Below, piece after piece: positions 1 to 12,246 of a stretch of 64,000 nucleotides of DNA; position 1 is the first letter of the stretch; each line of letters opens with the position of its first letter. This DNA comes from an uncultured bacterium. GTDB taxonomy: Bacteria; Sysuimicrobiota; Sysuimicrobiia; Sysuimicrobiales; Sysuimicrobiaceae. The stretch lies in contig CALIMJ010000013.1 in assembly GCA_938028835.1 (NCBI GenBank), forward strand, positions 128,320 to 192,319, read 5' to 3'. Made by a program: the position numbers and the translations under genes. The notes under the pieces were generated by a model, which searched no databases, was not told the origin of the DNA, and worked only from the letters and a program-made list of their open reading frames with translations.

Positions 1-2
1 TA

Positions 3-611
3 CGGGCCGGAGCCACGTGGGTGCACGTGGTGGATCTGGACGGCGCGCGGCAGGGGGTCCCACGGCACCTGTACGTGGTATCCGCCCTGGCGCGCTCGGG
101 CGTACGGGTGCAGGTGGGTGGCGGGCTGCGCACGGAAAAGGCGGTAGAACAGGCTTTGGAGGCGGGCGCGGACCGCGTGGTGGTGGGAACCCGCGCGGTC
201 CTGGATCCCGGGTGGCTGGAGCGCCTGTGCGTTCGCTGGGGCGAGCGCGTGGTGGTGGCCCTGGACGCGCGGGACGGTCGGGTGGTGATCCGCGGCTGGA
301 CGGAGGCGATACCCCTCGGGGTGGAAGAAGCCGCGGGGCGGGCGTTGGGGTGCGGGGCGAGGCGGTTGTTGGTGACCGACGTCGCCGCGGACGGCGTTCT
401 GGCCGGACCCAATCTGTCCCTTTATCGGACCCTGGTGTCCTCGGGGGCCTCTGTGGTGGCCTCCGGCGGGGTGCGGCACGCGGAGGACGTACGCACCCTC
501 CGGCGGGCCGGTGTCGACGGAGTGGTGGTCGGCCGGGCGCTGTACGAGGGAACCCTGCGGCTGGAGGACGCCCTGGAGGCCGCGCGGACGGGCGAGGGGG
601 CAAATCCGTGA
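3..611 (+). CDS. hisA: HisA, ProFAR isomerase (5'-partial, runs off the window start)
   Basis: ORF 21..611 reads HVVDLDGA...VGRALYEG, a typical (beta/alpha)8 HisA; the frame is open to the window edge; it is followed by hisF. Confidence 0.85.
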   Translation, partial: RAGATWVHVVDLDGARQGVPRHLYVVSALARSGVRVQVGGGLRTEKAVEQALEAGADRVVVGTRAVLDPGWLERLCVRWGERVVVALDARDGRVVIRGWTEAIPLGVEEAAGRALGCGARRLLVTDVAADGVLAGPNLSLYRTLVSSGASVVASGGVRHAEDVRTLRRAGVDGVVVGRALYEGTLRLEDALEAARTGEGANP

Positions 612-1387
612 GCTTGGCCAAGCGGATCATCCCCTGTCTGGACGTGGACGCGGGCCGCGTGGTGAAGGGCGTGCGTTTCGTGGACCTGCGGGACGCAGGG
701 GACCCCGCACAGCTGGCCGCGGCGTACGACCGGGAGGGAGCGGACGAGCTGGTGTTCCTGGACATCACGGCCTCCGCGCAACACCGGCCCATCCTGGAGG
801 AGGTGGTGTGGCGCACTGCGGGCGAGGTCTTCATCCCCCTCACCGTGGGCGGCGGGATCCGGTCGGTGGAGGACGCGCGGCGGATGCTGAAGGCTGGCGC
901 GGACAAGGTGGCGGTGAACACCGCAGCAGTGCACGATCCGGGCCTGGTCGGTCGGCTGGCGGAGCGGTTCGGGCGCCAGTGTGTGGTCGTGGCCATCGAC
1001 GCTCGGCGCCGAGCGCAGGGCTGGGAGGTCTACACCCACGGGGGCCGTCGCCCCACAGGGCTCGACGCGGTGAGGTGGGCGGAGCGGGCGGCGGAGCTGG
1101 GAGCGGGCGAGATCCTGCTGACCAGCATGGACCGGGACGGGACCACGGAGGGGTTCGACGTGGAGTTGACGCGGGCGGTCAGCCGGGCCGTCACCGTGCC
1201 CGTCATCGCCTCCGGGGGGGCGGGGAAGGTAGAGCACTTCGTGGAGGTCCTCACGGAGGGGGAAGCCGACGCCGCCCTCGCGGCATCCGTCTTCCACTTC
1301 GGGCAGCTCCGCATCCGGGACGTGAAGGCCGCCTTGAAGGCTCAGGGGATTCCCGTCCGTGAGGTGCAACCGTGGGAGAGCCTGTGA
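608..1387 (+). CDS. hisF: Imidazole glycerol phosphate synthase cyclase subunit HisF
   Basis: GTG at 608 inside ORF 17..1387; the protein reads [23 protein letters not shown]...; overlaps the hisA stop; the upstream 197 codons of the ORF are a GC-rich read-through artefact. Confidence 0.9.
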   Translation: MSLAKRIIPCLDVDAGRVVKGVRFVDLRDAGDPAQLAAAYDREGADELVFLDITASAQHRPILEEVVWRTAGEVFIPLTVGGGIRSVEDARRMLKAGADKVAVNTAAVHDPGLVGRLAERFGRQCVVVAIDARRRAQGWEVYTHGGRRPTGLDAVRWAERAAELGAGEILLTSMDRDGTTEGFDVELTRAVSRAVTVPVIASGGAGKVEHFVEVLTEGEADAALAASVFHFGQLRIRDVKAALKAQGIPVREVQPWESL

Positions 1388-1989
1388 GCACGGGGAAGGT
1401 CGGGGGGCTGCGGCCGGTGGTGGTCCAGGACCGGCGTTCGGGGCAGGTGCTGATGCTGGCGTACGCCAACGACGACGCCGTGCAGCGCACCCGCGAGCTG
1501 GGACTGGCCCACTTCTGGAGCCGGTCCCGCAGCGCCTTGTGGCGCAAGGGGGAGACCTCCGGCCACTCCCTCGCCGTCTCCCAGATCCTGCAGGACTGCG
1601 ACGGGGACGCCCTGCTCTACGTGGTGGACCCCCAGGGGCCCGCGTGTCACACCGGCGAGCTGTCCTGCTTCCACCGGGACCTGGCCGGTCAGCGCGCAGA
1701 GCCGGCCGTGGGCGTGCTGGCGGAGCTGGAGCGGGTCATTCGCGACCGCCTGCGGCAAGCGCCACCGGGCTCCTACACCGCGTCGCTGCTTGCCGCAGAC
1801 CCCGCGCGGCTGCACGAGAAGCTGTTCGAGGAGACTGCGGAAGTGGTCCGCGCCGCGCGGGAGGAGGGGCCGGAGCGGCTGGCGCAGGAGGCTGCAGACC
1901 TCCTGTACCACCTGCTGGTCCTCCTCGCGCGCGAGGGCGTGCCGTGGTCCCAGGTGCTCCAGGTGCTGGCCGCTCGCCGAACCCGGTAG
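1372..1989 (+). CDS. hisI: Bifunctional phosphoribosyl-AMP cyclohydrolase / phosphoribosyl-ATP pyrophosphatase HisIE
   Basis: The N-terminal half has HisI motifs ([24 protein letters not shown]); the C-terminal half is HisE-like ([10 protein letters not shown]...LLYHLLVLL). Confidence 0.9.
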   Translation: MGEPVSTGKVGGLRPVVVQDRRSGQVLMLAYANDDAVQRTRELGLAHFWSRSRSALWRKGETSGHSLAVSQILQDCDGDALLYVVDPQGPACHTGELSCFHRDLAGQRAEPAVGVLAELERVIRDRLRQAPPGSYTASLLAADPARLHEKLFEETAEVVRAAREEGPERLAQEAADLLYHLLVLLAREGVPWSQVLQVLAARRTR

Positions 1990-2033
1990 GACAGCCGGGC
2001 CCCTCCTGGGGTATCCTCCGGGTGCGGGAGCCC

Positions 2034-2765
2034 ATGCGCTACGCGGTCCTGTCGGACGTCCACGCGAACCTGGAAGCCCTGGAGGCCGTGCTGGAGGACG
2101 CGCGCCGCCAGGGGGTGGAGGGGCTCGTGTGTCTGGGAGACTTCGTCGGCTACGGGCCGGACCCCAACGCGTGCGTGGAGAGGCTGCGGGACCTGCTGGT
2201 GGCCGCCCTGGTGGGCAACCACGACCTCGCGGCCCTAGGCCGGCTGGACGCGCGGCGCTTCAACCTGTTCGCGCGGGCCGCGGTGGAGTGGACCCGGGAG
2301 CAACTGTCGCCGTCCGTGCGGGCGTACCTGGAGGGCCTGCAGCCGCGGCAGACCTTCGAGGGGATGCTGCTGGTCCACGCCAGCCCGCAGGACCCCGTGG
2401 AGGAGTACATCCTGGACTGGGAGACCGCGGACGACAACTTCCGGTCCGCGGAGTTCTCCGTGTGCCTGTTCGGGCATACCCACGTGCCCGTGCGCTTCGC
2501 CCACGACGGCGTCCGCACGTACGTGTTCCCCCTGGCGCCCAGTGGCGCAGTGAAACTGGAACGTGATCTCCGGCACTTGATCAACGTCGGCAGCGTGGGC
2601 CAGCCACGGGACGGGGATCCCCGCGCCGCGTATGGGATCCTGGACACCGGTACGAGGAGCCTGGAGCTCCGGCGGGTGCCCTACCCTGTGGAGGCGGTGC
2701 AGGCGAAGATGCAGGCGCGAGGGCTCCCCCGCCCCTTGTGGGAGCGGCTGAGCGAGGGCCGGTAG
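2034..2765 (+). CDS. Metallophosphoesterase (calcineurin-like phosphoesterase)
   Basis: ATG at 2034 inside ORF 1359..2765; motifs DVHAN, GDFVGYGPDP, GNHD, GHTH. Confidence 0.8.
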   Translation: MRYAVLSDVHANLEALEAVLEDARRQGVEGLVCLGDFVGYGPDPNACVERLRDLLVAALVGNHDLAALGRLDARRFNLFARAAVEWTREQLSPSVRAYLEGLQPRQTFEGMLLVHASPQDPVEEYILDWETADDNFRSAEFSVCLFGHTHVPVRFAHDGVRTYVFPLAPSGAVKLERDLRHLINVGSVGQPRDGDPRAAYGILDTGTRSLELRRVPYPVEAVQAKMQARGLPRPLWERLSEGR

Positions 2766-2776
2766 GAGACGTCGGG

Positions 2777-3361
2777 GTGAAGATCTACACGCGGACGGGC
2801 GACAGCGGGCAAACCGGCCTGTTCGGCGGCGAGCGGGTGTCCAAGGCGGATCCCCGGGTAGAGGCCTACGGAGCGGTGGACGAGCTGAACACCCTGCTGG
2901 GGCTGGTGCGGGCCAAGTTGCCCGCGGGGGCGCTGTCGGACCTGCTGGCGGACGTGCAGGGGAGGCTGTTCGAGGTAGGCGCGGAACTGGCTACCCCGCG
3001 GGTGGAGGATCCCAAGCTGGCCGCGCGGGTGCCGCGCGTCAGCGCCTCGTCGGTGCAGGCGCTGGAAGGGTGGATCGACCGCCTGGAGGCGGACCTCCCG
3101 CCCCTGCGCGGCTTCGTGCTTCCGGGTGGCACCGAGGCAGGTGCCCTGTTGCACGTGGCCCGGGCAGTCTGCCGGCGTGCGGAGCGGCGGGTGGTGGCCC
3201 TGGCGGAACGGGCCGCGGTGAACCCGGAAATCCTCCGGTACCTGAACCGGCTTGGGGACCTGCTGTTCGTGGCGGCGCGATGGGTCAACCTCGCCGCGGG
3301 AACCCCGGAAGCGCCGTGGCGCGCGAGGGCGCCGGCCGCGGAGGGCGGACCGACGCCTTGA
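2777..3361 (+). CDS. ATP:cob(I)alamin adenosyltransferase, PduO type
   Basis: GTG start gives VKIYTRTGDSGQTGLFGGERVSK..., the canonical PduO/MMAB N-terminus. Confidence 0.85.
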   Translation: MKIYTRTGDSGQTGLFGGERVSKADPRVEAYGAVDELNTLLGLVRAKLPAGALSDLLADVQGRLFEVGAELATPRVEDPKLAARVPRVSASSVQALEGWIDRLEADLPPLRGFVLPGGTEAGALLHVARAVCRRAERRVVALAERAAVNPEILRYLNRLGDLLFVAARWVNLAAGTPEAPWRARAPAAEGGPTP

Positions 3362-3466
3362 CATCGTTGCACCCCCACGGCTAGGTTTTGCTGGAGACCG
3401 CGCCCAGACGGCGTGGCGCGGCGGGAGGGGCGAGCGGCGGGAGGGGCGAGCGGCCGGAGGGCTCAG

Positions 3467-4399
3467 ATGGCGGTGGCGCAGGGGATCGGAGGGGCGCTGT
3501 CCCGGGGCCGCACGTGGCTGGAGCGGGATCGCGTCCTGGCGCCGATCCTCCTGGTGCCCGCGGTGGCCTACATCGTCCTCCTCGTGGGGTTCCCGTTCCT
3601 GTTCGCCCTCTACCTCAGCTGGACAGACGCCACCACGGGCAACCCCTTCGGCCGGTTCATCGGGCTCGCGAACTTCGCCCTGGTGTTCCAGGACCCCGTG
3701 GCCTCCCGGGCCCTGCGCAACACCTTCGTGTTCACCCTGGCCGCGCAGGTCCTGGTGATGGTGCTGTCCAACGTGCTGGCCTTGGCCCTGCGCCGGCCGT
3801 TCCGCGGCCGCGGGGCGGTGATGTTCCTCCTCCTGCTGCCGTGGGTGGCCCCCGTCTCCCTGTCCACCATCGGGTGGCTGTGGATCCTACACGCCCGGTT
3901 CAGCGTCCTGGACTGGGCCCTGCGGGGCCTGAGCCTGCTGCCGCCGGGAGCCAATATGTTCTGGCTGGGGCGGCCGGACCTGGCCTTCGGGGCGGTGGTG
4001 GCGGTGCACGTGTGGCGGATGCTGCCCTTCGCCACCGTGGTTCTGCTGGCCGGCCACTCCGCCATCCCCCAGGACTTCCTGGACCAGGCGGAGGTGGACG
4101 GGGCGAACCTGTGGCAGAAGTACCGGCACGTGATGCTGCCGCTGCTGGCACCCGTGGCGGTGGTGGCCCTCCTGTTCGGCACCATCTTCACCTTCACGGA
4201 CATGACGGTGGTGTACGTCCTCACCCGAGGGGGGCCCTTCGACACCACCCAGGTGCTGGCCAGCCTGGCTTTCTTTAAGGGGATCGTAGGCGGGAACCTG
4301 AGCGTGGGCGCCACCATCTCCCTGTTGCTGTTCCCCGTACTCCTGGTGGCCGCGGTGTTCGTGCTCCGGGCTGCCCGGCGGGTGGAGGTGGGCTGGTGA
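3467..4399 (+). CDS. ABC transporter permease, MalF/UgpA-like (carbohydrate uptake family 1)
   Basis: Six TM segments and an EAA-loop-like region; start set at the internal Met of ORF 3413..4399; the true start is ambiguous because a 16-nt tandem duplication lies upstream. Confidence 0.8.
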   Translation: MAVAQGIGGALSRGRTWLERDRVLAPILLVPAVAYIVLLVGFPFLFALYLSWTDATTGNPFGRFIGLANFALVFQDPVASRALRNTFVFTLAAQVLVMVLSNVLALALRRPFRGRGAVMFLLLLPWVAPVSLSTIGWLWILHARFSVLDWALRGLSLLPPGANMFWLGRPDLAFGAVVAVHVWRMLPFATVVLLAGHSAIPQDFLDQAEVDGANLWQKYRHVMLPLLAPVAVVALLFGTIFTFTDMTVVYVLTRGGPFDTTQVLASLAFFKGIVGGNLSVGATISLLLFPVLLVAAVFVLRAARRVEVGW

Positions 4400-5244
4400 C
4401 CGGCCGGACGCGGCGCTGGTTGCTGGCCGCCGGGCGCGTGCTGCTGGTCGGGGTCTTCGTGGTGTTCACGGCGTTCCCCTTCGCGTGGATGGGAATCACC
4501 GCCTTCAAGCAGAACTCCGACCTGTACAATCCGGAGCACAACCCGTTCTGGTTCAACGAGCCGCCCACCCTGGAGCACTTAGAGTACGCCTTCACGAAAA
4601 CCCGGTTCGCCCGGTGGGTGGTGAACACCGCCCTGGTGGGGGTGGGGGTGGTGGTGGTCACCCTCCTGCTCACGGTGCCCGCCGCGTACAGCCTCGCGCG
4701 CCTGCTGGGCCGGTGGGGGGAGCGGGCCAGCATCGCCATCTTCCTCGTGTACCTGATCCCGCCGACCCTGCTCTTTATCCCCATGTCCCTGGTAGTGACC
4801 ACCCTGGGCCTGCAGAACACCCTCTGGGCCCTGATCGTGGTGTACCCCACCATCACCGTGCCCCTGTGCACGTGGCTGCTGTCCGGGTTCCTGCGGGGTC
4901 TGCCCCGGGAGCTGGAGGAGGCGGCCATGGTGGACGGATGTACCCGGCTGGGGGCCTTGGGCCGTGTGCTGCTGCCGCTCGCGGTCCCCGGGATCGTCAC
5001 CGTGGTCATCTTCAGCTTCACCCTGTCTGCCCAGGAGTTCGTGTACGCCCTCAGTTTCGTCACCGCCACCGCGCAGAAGACCGTGAGCGTCGGGGTGCCT
5101 GCAGACATGGTGCGGGGGGACATCTTCGACTGGGGCCCGCTCATGGCCTCCGCGTTCCTCGCCAGCGTGCCGGTGGCCGCCCTGTACTACCTGGTGATCG
5201 AGCGTTTCGTGGGGAGTTTCACCCTCGGCGGCGCTTTCCGCTGA
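4396..5244 (+). CDS. ABC transporter permease, MalG/UgpE-like
   Basis: GTG start overlaps the previous stop; TM-rich; pairs with the upstream permease. Confidence 0.85.
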   Translation: MTGRTRRWLLAAGRVLLVGVFVVFTAFPFAWMGITAFKQNSDLYNPEHNPFWFNEPPTLEHLEYAFTKTRFARWVVNTALVGVGVVVVTLLLTVPAAYSLARLLGRWGERASIAIFLVYLIPPTLLFIPMSLVVTTLGLQNTLWALIVVYPTITVPLCTWLLSGFLRGLPRELEEAAMVDGCTRLGALGRVLLPLAVPGIVTVVIFSFTLSAQEFVYALSFVTATAQKTVSVGVPADMVRGDIFDWGPLMASAFLASVPVAALYYLVIERFVGSFTLGGAFR

Positions 5245-5276
5245 GGAGAACGGACCAAGACAAAGGGGGGATCGCG

Positions 5277-6830
5277 ATGGAGGATGAGCGGAAGCAGGAC
5301 GGAGCGTGGGTGCAGGTAGCAGAGGGCCGGTGGCGCCGGCTCACGCGCCGGGACTTCCTCAGGTCCGCGGCCGCCGGGGCGGCGGTGGGGAGCCTGGGTC
5401 CCCTCGTGCTCACCGAGCGGACCCGGGCGCAGCCGGTGACGCTGCGGATCCTGCAGTGGCGGCACTTCGTCCCGCCGTACGACGAGTGGTTCAACAAGGT
5501 CTTCGCTCCCAAGTGGGGGGAGAAGAACGGGGTACGGGTGGTGGTGGAGAACGTGGGCGTGGCGGAGCTCCCCGCCATCGCCGCTTCCGAGGCGGCCCGG
5601 GTGGCCGCGGGTGCCGACCCGGGCCACGACATGATGCAGTACCTCACGCCGCCCGCCACCCTGGAGCGGCAGGTGGACACCGACGCCCACCGGGAGGTCA
5701 TCGAGGAGCTCAAGCGGAGGGTGGGCCCCTATATCCCGTTGGCGGAGAAGAGCACGTACAACCCCGTGACCCGACGGTATTTCGGGGTGTCAGACAACTT
5801 CGTTCCCGACCCGATGCACTACCGGGGCTGGATGTGGCGGCAGGCCTCGGCCAAGGCCTTGGGGAGTTCCACCGCGGGGCCGGTGACCTGGGAAGATGTC
5901 CTCAAGGTGGGGCGGGAGCTCAAGCGCATGGGCCACCCCGTGGGCCTCGGTCTGAGCCAGGAGATCGATACGGCAATGTGGCTGCGGGCCCTGATGTACT
6001 CGTGGGGGACCGGGGAGCAGGACGAGGCGGGGAACGTGGTTCTGGACGTGCCGCCGTTCCGCCAGCGGACCCTGGACGCCTTGCGGTTCGTGCGGGCGCT
6101 GTACAACGAGACCATGTTCGCGGGCGTGTTCGCGTGGACCGCGGCGTCCAACAACGAGGAGTTCCTGGCCGGCCGCATCTCCGTTGCCATGAACGCCATC
6201 TCCATCACCCGTACCGCCCAGGCTCTGGCTGCGCAGGCGCTCAAACGGGGAGAGGACCCCAATACCTCGAAGGCGGTCCTCCTGGCGCGGGACACCCTCA
6301 TCACGGAACGCGCACCCCGGGGGCCCGCGGGAGCGCGGGGGCTGGAGCACGTGATGGGGGTGTACTTCATCTGGCGCAACCGGCCGCGCCCCGTGCGGGA
6401 GGCCGCCAAGAAGCTGCTCATCGACCTGGTGTTGAGCTACGACCCGGACGTGGCGGCCCGGGAGGGCTGGCCGCCCGGGAAGTTCCACGCCTCGCAGGCG
6501 TACGACTACCCCACGTTCCAGAACGCCATCTCCAAGCAGAAGCGCCTGGCCTACCTCCGGGACGACCCCGTGGCGAAGGCCGCAGGGGACCGCAAGGACA
6601 AGCTGGCCACCATCGAGACCGCGTACGAATGGGCGCACAACGTGGGCTGGCCGGGGCCGTCCAGTGCAGCCATCGACGAGGTGTTCAACACGTGGATCCT
6701 CAACGTGATGTTCGCCCGCGTCGCCCAGGGGATCGACACGCCGGAACAGGCCCTGGACGCGGCGGCCGCCCAGATTCGGCGGGTGTTCCAGAAGTGGCGG
6801 GAGCAGGGGCTGGTGGGGGGTCGGCGGTAG
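5277..6830 (+). CDS. ABC transporter extracellular solute-binding protein with Tat signal
   Basis: ATG at 5277 inside ORF 4485..6830; RRDFLRSAAAGAAVGSL twin-arginine motif; ~517 aa; third gene of the permease operon. Confidence 0.8.
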   Translation: MEDERKQDGAWVQVAEGRWRRLTRRDFLRSAAAGAAVGSLGPLVLTERTRAQPVTLRILQWRHFVPPYDEWFNKVFAPKWGEKNGVRVVVENVGVAELPAIAASEAARVAAGADPGHDMMQYLTPPATLERQVDTDAHREVIEELKRRVGPYIPLAEKSTYNPVTRRYFGVSDNFVPDPMHYRGWMWRQASAKALGSSTAGPVTWEDVLKVGRELKRMGHPVGLGLSQEIDTAMWLRALMYSWGTGEQDEAGNVVLDVPPFRQRTLDALRFVRALYNETMFAGVFAWTAASNNEEFLAGRISVAMNAISITRTAQALAAQALKRGEDPNTSKAVLLARDTLITERAPRGPAGARGLEHVMGVYFIWRNRPRPVREAAKKLLIDLVLSYDPDVAAREGWPPGKFHASQAYDYPTFQNAISKQKRLAYLRDDPVAKAAGDRKDKLATIETAYEWAHNVGWPGPSSAAIDEVFNTWILNVMFARVAQGIDTPEQALDAAAAQIRRVFQKWREQGLVGGRR

Positions 6831-6853
6831 GACCCGGACAGGGGTCACCAGCA

Positions 6854-6883
6854 AGCGGGGGAGGGCTGCGACCCTCCCCCGCT
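6854..6883. terminator. Bidirectional GC-rich hairpin between convergent genes
   Basis: AGCGGGGGAGGG-cugcga-CCCUCCCCCGCU, a 12-bp perfect stem between the SBP stop (6830) and the sdhB stop (6889); there is no U-tract. Confidence 0.5.
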
Positions 6884-6888
6884 TCATG

Positions 6889-7587
6889 TCAGGCCCGGCT
6901 CAACACGATGGCCCGCTTGAGCTCCTGGATGGCCTTCGTGATCTCGATCCCCTGCGGGCACGCGTCCGTGCAGTTGAACACGGTCCGGCACTTGAAGGCG
7001 CCGCTGCGCTCCGCCAGGAGGGCAAGGCGCTCGGCGGCCGCGCGGTCGCGGCTGTCGAAGATGAACCGGTGCGCCGCCACCAGGGCCGCGGGCCCCAGGA
7101 ACTCCCCGTTGCCCCAGAAGATGGGGCACGCGGTGGTGCACACCGCGCACAGGATGCACTTGGTGGTGTCGTCGATGCGGGCCCGCTCCTCCGGGCTCTG
7201 CAACCGCTCCCGGGCGGGCGGCGGTTCGTCGTTGACCAGCCACGGCATCACGTGCCGGTATTTCGCAAAGAAGGGTTCCATGTCCACCACGAGATCCTTG
7301 ATCACGGGCAGCCCGCGGAGGGGCTCCACGGTGATCCGGTTGCCCAGGTCCTTCACGAGGACCTTGCACGCGAGCCGGTTCCGGCCGTTGATCAGCATGG
7401 CATCCGAGCCACAGATCCCGTGCGCGCAGGAGCGGCGGAGGGCCAGGGTCCCGTCCAGGTTCCACTTGATGTAGTGCAGGACGTCCAGGACCCGGTCGAA
7501 GGGGTCCGTGGGCACCTCGTAGTCCGCCCAGTAGGGTCGCCGGTCCTTCTCCGGGTTGAAGCGCTTGATCCGCACGTGGACCTTCAT
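6889..7587 (-). CDS. sdhB: Succinate dehydrogenase iron-sulfur subunit
   Basis: Cys clusters CAHGICGSDAMLINGRNRLAC and CILCAVCTTACP...CTDACP. Confidence 0.95.
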   Translation of the reverse strand: MKVHVRIKRFNPEKDRRPYWADYEVPTDPFDRVLDVLHYIKWNLDGTLALRRSCAHGICGSDAMLINGRNRLACKVLVKDLGNRITVEPLRGLPVIKDLVVDMEPFFAKYRHVMPWLVNDEPPPARERLQSPEERARIDDTTKCILCAVCTTACPIFWGNGEFLGPAALVAAHRFIFDSRDRAAAERLALLAERSGAFKCRTVFNCTDACPQGIEITKAIQELKRAIVLSRA

Positions 7588-7597
7588 GGGCTCCTCC

Positions 7598-9322
<1,725 letters not shown>

Positions 9323-9334
9323 GGTCCCCTCCTC

Positions 9335-9718
9335 TCAGCGCCGGGCGAAGGCCGAGGGGTCGAAGGAGAACAGCACCAGGGCGCCCAGCAGGGTGAACAC
9401 GAGGCCCACCGTCCACAGCCCCAGGTTCCACACCAGGCGCCACCCGCCGCCCGGCCGCGTGTAGTCGTTCACGATCCCGCGCAACCCGTTCAGGCCGTGG
9501 GACAGGGCCAGGACCAGGATGAGGAGGTCGTAGACGCGCCAGAAGGGCGTCGCGAACCGCTGTGCGACGAAGGCGAAGTCGATGGTGTCGGTGCTGTTGA
9601 TCACGTGCATGATGTAGAGGTGGCCCAGCACCAGCCCCAGCAGCAGGACCGCCGACACCCGCATGTACAGCCAGGACACCCACTCCCACCCGTTGGGCCG
9701 CACGCGCGTCGCTTGCAC
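9335..9718 (-). CDS. sdhD: Succinate dehydrogenase hydrophobic membrane anchor subunit
   Basis: 127-aa three-TM protein directly upstream of sdhA. Confidence 0.8.
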   Translation of the reverse strand: MQATRVRPNGWEWVSWLYMRVSAVLLLGLVLGHLYIMHVINSTDTIDFAFVAQRFATPFWRVYDLLILVLALSHGLNGLRGIVNDYTRPGGGWRLVWNLGLWTVGLVFTLLGALVLFSFDPSAFARR

Positions 9719-9733
9719 CGTCCTCCCTCCTTC

Positions 9734-10087
9734 CTAAGGGGCGAACAGGGGCCGCAGCATGATCACCGCCACGGGTACCATGACCACCACGTACGCCGCC
9801 GCCCCCACCCAGAACAGGGTCCGGTACCAGCGGGTGGCGTGGGGGAACAGGTCCAAGACCAGGACCACGAGGCCGTTACCCGCGTGGTACACCACCGCGG
9901 CGACCAGCAGGAGCTCCAGGGGCTTGAACCACGGCTGCTTGTACAGGGCCAGGGCGTGGTCGTACGCCTGCGGCCCGTACAGGAGCATGCTGGTCTCCAC
10001 GATGTGCAGCAGCAGGAACACGAGCACCGCCACGCCGGTGATGCGGTGCAACACCCACGCCAGCATTCCGGGGCCGCCTCGGTACAT
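9734..10087 (-). CDS. sdhC: Succinate dehydrogenase cytochrome b subunit
   Basis: Start set at the internal ATG ([29 protein letters not shown]...); the upstream part of ORF 9734..10357 is read-through. Confidence 0.8.
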   Translation of the reverse strand: MYRGGPGMLAWVLHRITGVAVLVFLLLHIVETSMLLYGPQAYDHALALYKQPWFKPLELLLVAAVVYHAGNGLVVLVLDLFPHATRWYRTLFWVGAAAYVVVMVPVAVIMLRPLFAP

Positions 10088-10103
10088 GGCACCTCCTCGT
10101 CGC

Positions 10104-10802
10104 TCAGGTGGATCGCTCCACGTCCTCCCGCATGTCCTCCATGTGTCGGTGCAAAACCCCGCGGGCCAGGGGTTCGTTGCGCATCCGGATGGCCTCCACG
10201 ATGGCCTGGTGGAACTCCTGGGCCTTGTGGGGACTCGTGGGAGCCCGGCCCGTGGCCTCGCGGCTGCGCAGCCACATCTCGCACAGGGACCGCACCAGGG
10301 AGACCAGGACGGGGTTGCGGGTGGCCTCGGCCACCAGCTGGTGGAACTGGAGGTCACTCTCCAGGTCGTGCTTGCCCGCGGCCAGCTCCCGTTCCCGGCG
10401 GTTGAGCAGGTCCTGCATCTGGTCGATGTCGTCCTGGGTGGCCCGGTGGACCGCCAGGGCTACCACCTCCTCCTCCACGAGCCGGCGGGCCTCCAGCAGG
10501 TCCAGGAGCAACTCCCGCTCCCGCAGCAGGCCCCACACCGCAGGGTCGACGGGGGCGGAAGCCTGCCGGACGAAGGTGCCGTCGCCGGAGCGGACTTCCA
10601 CGAGCCCCATGGCGCTGAGGACCCGCAAAGCCTCCCGGACCGAAGCGCGGCTGACGCTCAGCAGCTCCGCCAGCTCCCGCTCGGACGGCAGCCGGTCGCC
10701 GGGTTGGAGCTGGCGCTCCGCAATGAGGCCCTGGATCTGGCGGACGATGTCCTCGTAGATCCGCCGGGGCCGGACGGGTTGAAAGATGGACGGGTGCGCC
10801 AT
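10104..10802 (-). CDS. GntR-family transcriptional regulator, FadR/FCD subfamily
   Basis: Internal ATG at 10802 of ORF 10104..11267; wHTH ([26 protein letters not shown]) plus a helical FCD domain. Confidence 0.85.
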   Translation of the reverse strand: MAHPSIFQPVRPRRIYEDIVRQIQGLIAERQLQPGDRLPSERELAELLSVSRASVREALRVLSAMGLVEVRSGDGTFVRQASAPVDPAVWGLLRERELLLDLLEARRLVEEEVVALAVHRATQDDIDQMQDLLNRRERELAAGKHDLESDLQFHQLVAEATRNPVLVSLVRSLCEMWLRSREATGRAPTSPHKAQEFHQAIVEAIRMRNEPLARGVLHRHMEDMREDVERST

Positions 10803-10979
10803 GGCGGCCCGGTGGCCTACTGGCCTGACCACCCCCACCATACACGTTCGGGTAACCCCTGTAAAGGCGAGTTGGCCGCCCACCGGGTTTCGGGGTACAC
10901 TTGGGGTGGGCTCGCCTGGGTCCTGTCGAGCGGGTCCTTCGAAAAACCCAACCCCGATCAGGTTCAGAGGAGCGGCACG

Positions 10980-12227
10980 ATGCTGACCCTGGAGAGGCTT
11001 TCCGTCCCCAAGGAAGGGCACCGGATCGAGGTAGAGGATGGCCGGTTGCTGGTCCCTGACGACCCCATCATTCCTTTCATCGAGGGGGACGGCACCGGCC
11101 CGGACATCTGGAGGGCCACCCGGCGGATCCTGGACGCGGCGGTCCAGGCCGCCTACGGGGGCAAACGGCGGATCGTGTGGTTCGAGGTGTACGCGGGGGA
11201 GAAGGCCAATCACCAGTTCGGGGACTGGCTCCCGGCTGACACCCTGCGGGCGTTCCAGCACTTCCACGTGGGCATCAAGGGCCCCCTAACCACGCCGGTG
11301 GGCGGGGGTTTCCGGTCGCTGAACGTGGCCCTGCGGCAGCTTTTGGACCTGTATGCATGCATCCGGCCGATCCGGTGGTTCGAGGGGGTTCCGTCCCCGG
11401 TTCGCCACCCGGAGAAGGTGGACATGGTGGTGTTCCGTGAGAACACGGAGGACATCTACAAGGGGATCGAGTGGCCTGCGGGATCCCCTGAGGCCAAGCG
11501 CGTGATCGAGTGGCTGCGCAGTGAGTTCGGGGTGGAGCTGCGACCGGACTCTGGCATCGGGATCAAGCCCATGAGCGAGTTCGGCACCAAGCGCCTGGTG
11601 CGGAAGGCCATCCGGTACGCCCTGGATCGCAAGCGCCGGAACGTCACCTTGGTCCACAAGGGCAACATCATGAAGTACACGGAGGGAGCGTTTCGGGAGT
11701 GGGGCTACCAGGTGGCTCGGGAGGAGTTCGGCGACGTCACGGTCACCTGGGACGAGGTGCAGGAGAAGTACGGGGGCAAGGTCCCGCCGGGCAAGCTGCT
11801 GATCCAGGACTACATCGCGGACGTGACCTTCCAGCACGTGCTCACCCGTCCACAGGACATCGACGTGATCGCCACGGGCAACCTGAACGGGGACTACCTC
11901 TCCGATGCCTTGGCCGCGCAGGTGGGCGGCATCGGGATGGCTCCGGGCGCCAACGTGGGGGACTTCCACGCGGTGTTCGAAGCCACCCACGGCACGGCAC
12001 CCAAGTACGCCAACCTGGACAAGGTGAACCCCAGCTCCCTCACCCTGTCTGGCGTGATGATGCTGGAGTACCTGGGGTGGGATGAGGCGGCCCAGCGGGT
12101 CATCCGGGGCATGGAGGCGTGCTTCCGGGAGAAGATCGTCACCTACGACTTGGCGCGCCTGATGGACGGCGCCCGGGAGGTGCGAACCAGCGAGTTCGCC
12201 ACCGCGGTCATCGAGCGCATGGGCTAG
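10980..12227 (+). CDS. icd: NADP-dependent isocitrate dehydrogenase
   Basis: 415 aa from ATG 10980 inside ORF 9759..12227; [15 protein letters not shown]; GSLNVALRQ-like and [10 protein letters not shown] motifs. Confidence 0.95.
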   Translation: MLTLERLSVPKEGHRIEVEDGRLLVPDDPIIPFIEGDGTGPDIWRATRRILDAAVQAAYGGKRRIVWFEVYAGEKANHQFGDWLPADTLRAFQHFHVGIKGPLTTPVGGGFRSLNVALRQLLDLYACIRPIRWFEGVPSPVRHPEKVDMVVFRENTEDIYKGIEWPAGSPEAKRVIEWLRSEFGVELRPDSGIGIKPMSEFGTKRLVRKAIRYALDRKRRNVTLVHKGNIMKYTEGAFREWGYQVAREEFGDVTVTWDEVQEKYGGKVPPGKLLIQDYIADVTFQHVLTRPQDIDVIATGNLNGDYLSDALAAQVGGIGMAPGANVGDFHAVFEATHGTAPKYANLDKVNPSSLTLSGVMMLEYLGWDEAAQRVIRGMEACFREKIVTYDLARLMDGAREVRTSEFATAVIERMG

Positions 12228-12246
12228 ACGCGAGAGGAGGCTTGGG

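Noticed and set aside
17-607. N-terminal 197 codons of ORF 17..1387, and analogous upstream extensions of ORFs 1359..2765, 4485..6830, 9759..12227, 20322..22919, 29253..30794 and 52492..54219
   Set aside because: These open frames continue upstream of the real genes only because stops are rare at this GC content. Real starts were placed where family-typical N-termini, SD sequences and/or stop-start overlaps with the preceding gene occur.
5306-7474. 722-aa plus-strand ORF overlapping the solute-binding protein gene in another frame and running antisense into sdhB
   Set aside because: No domain signature. The SBP frame (Tat motif, operon context) and sdhB are clearly the real genes.
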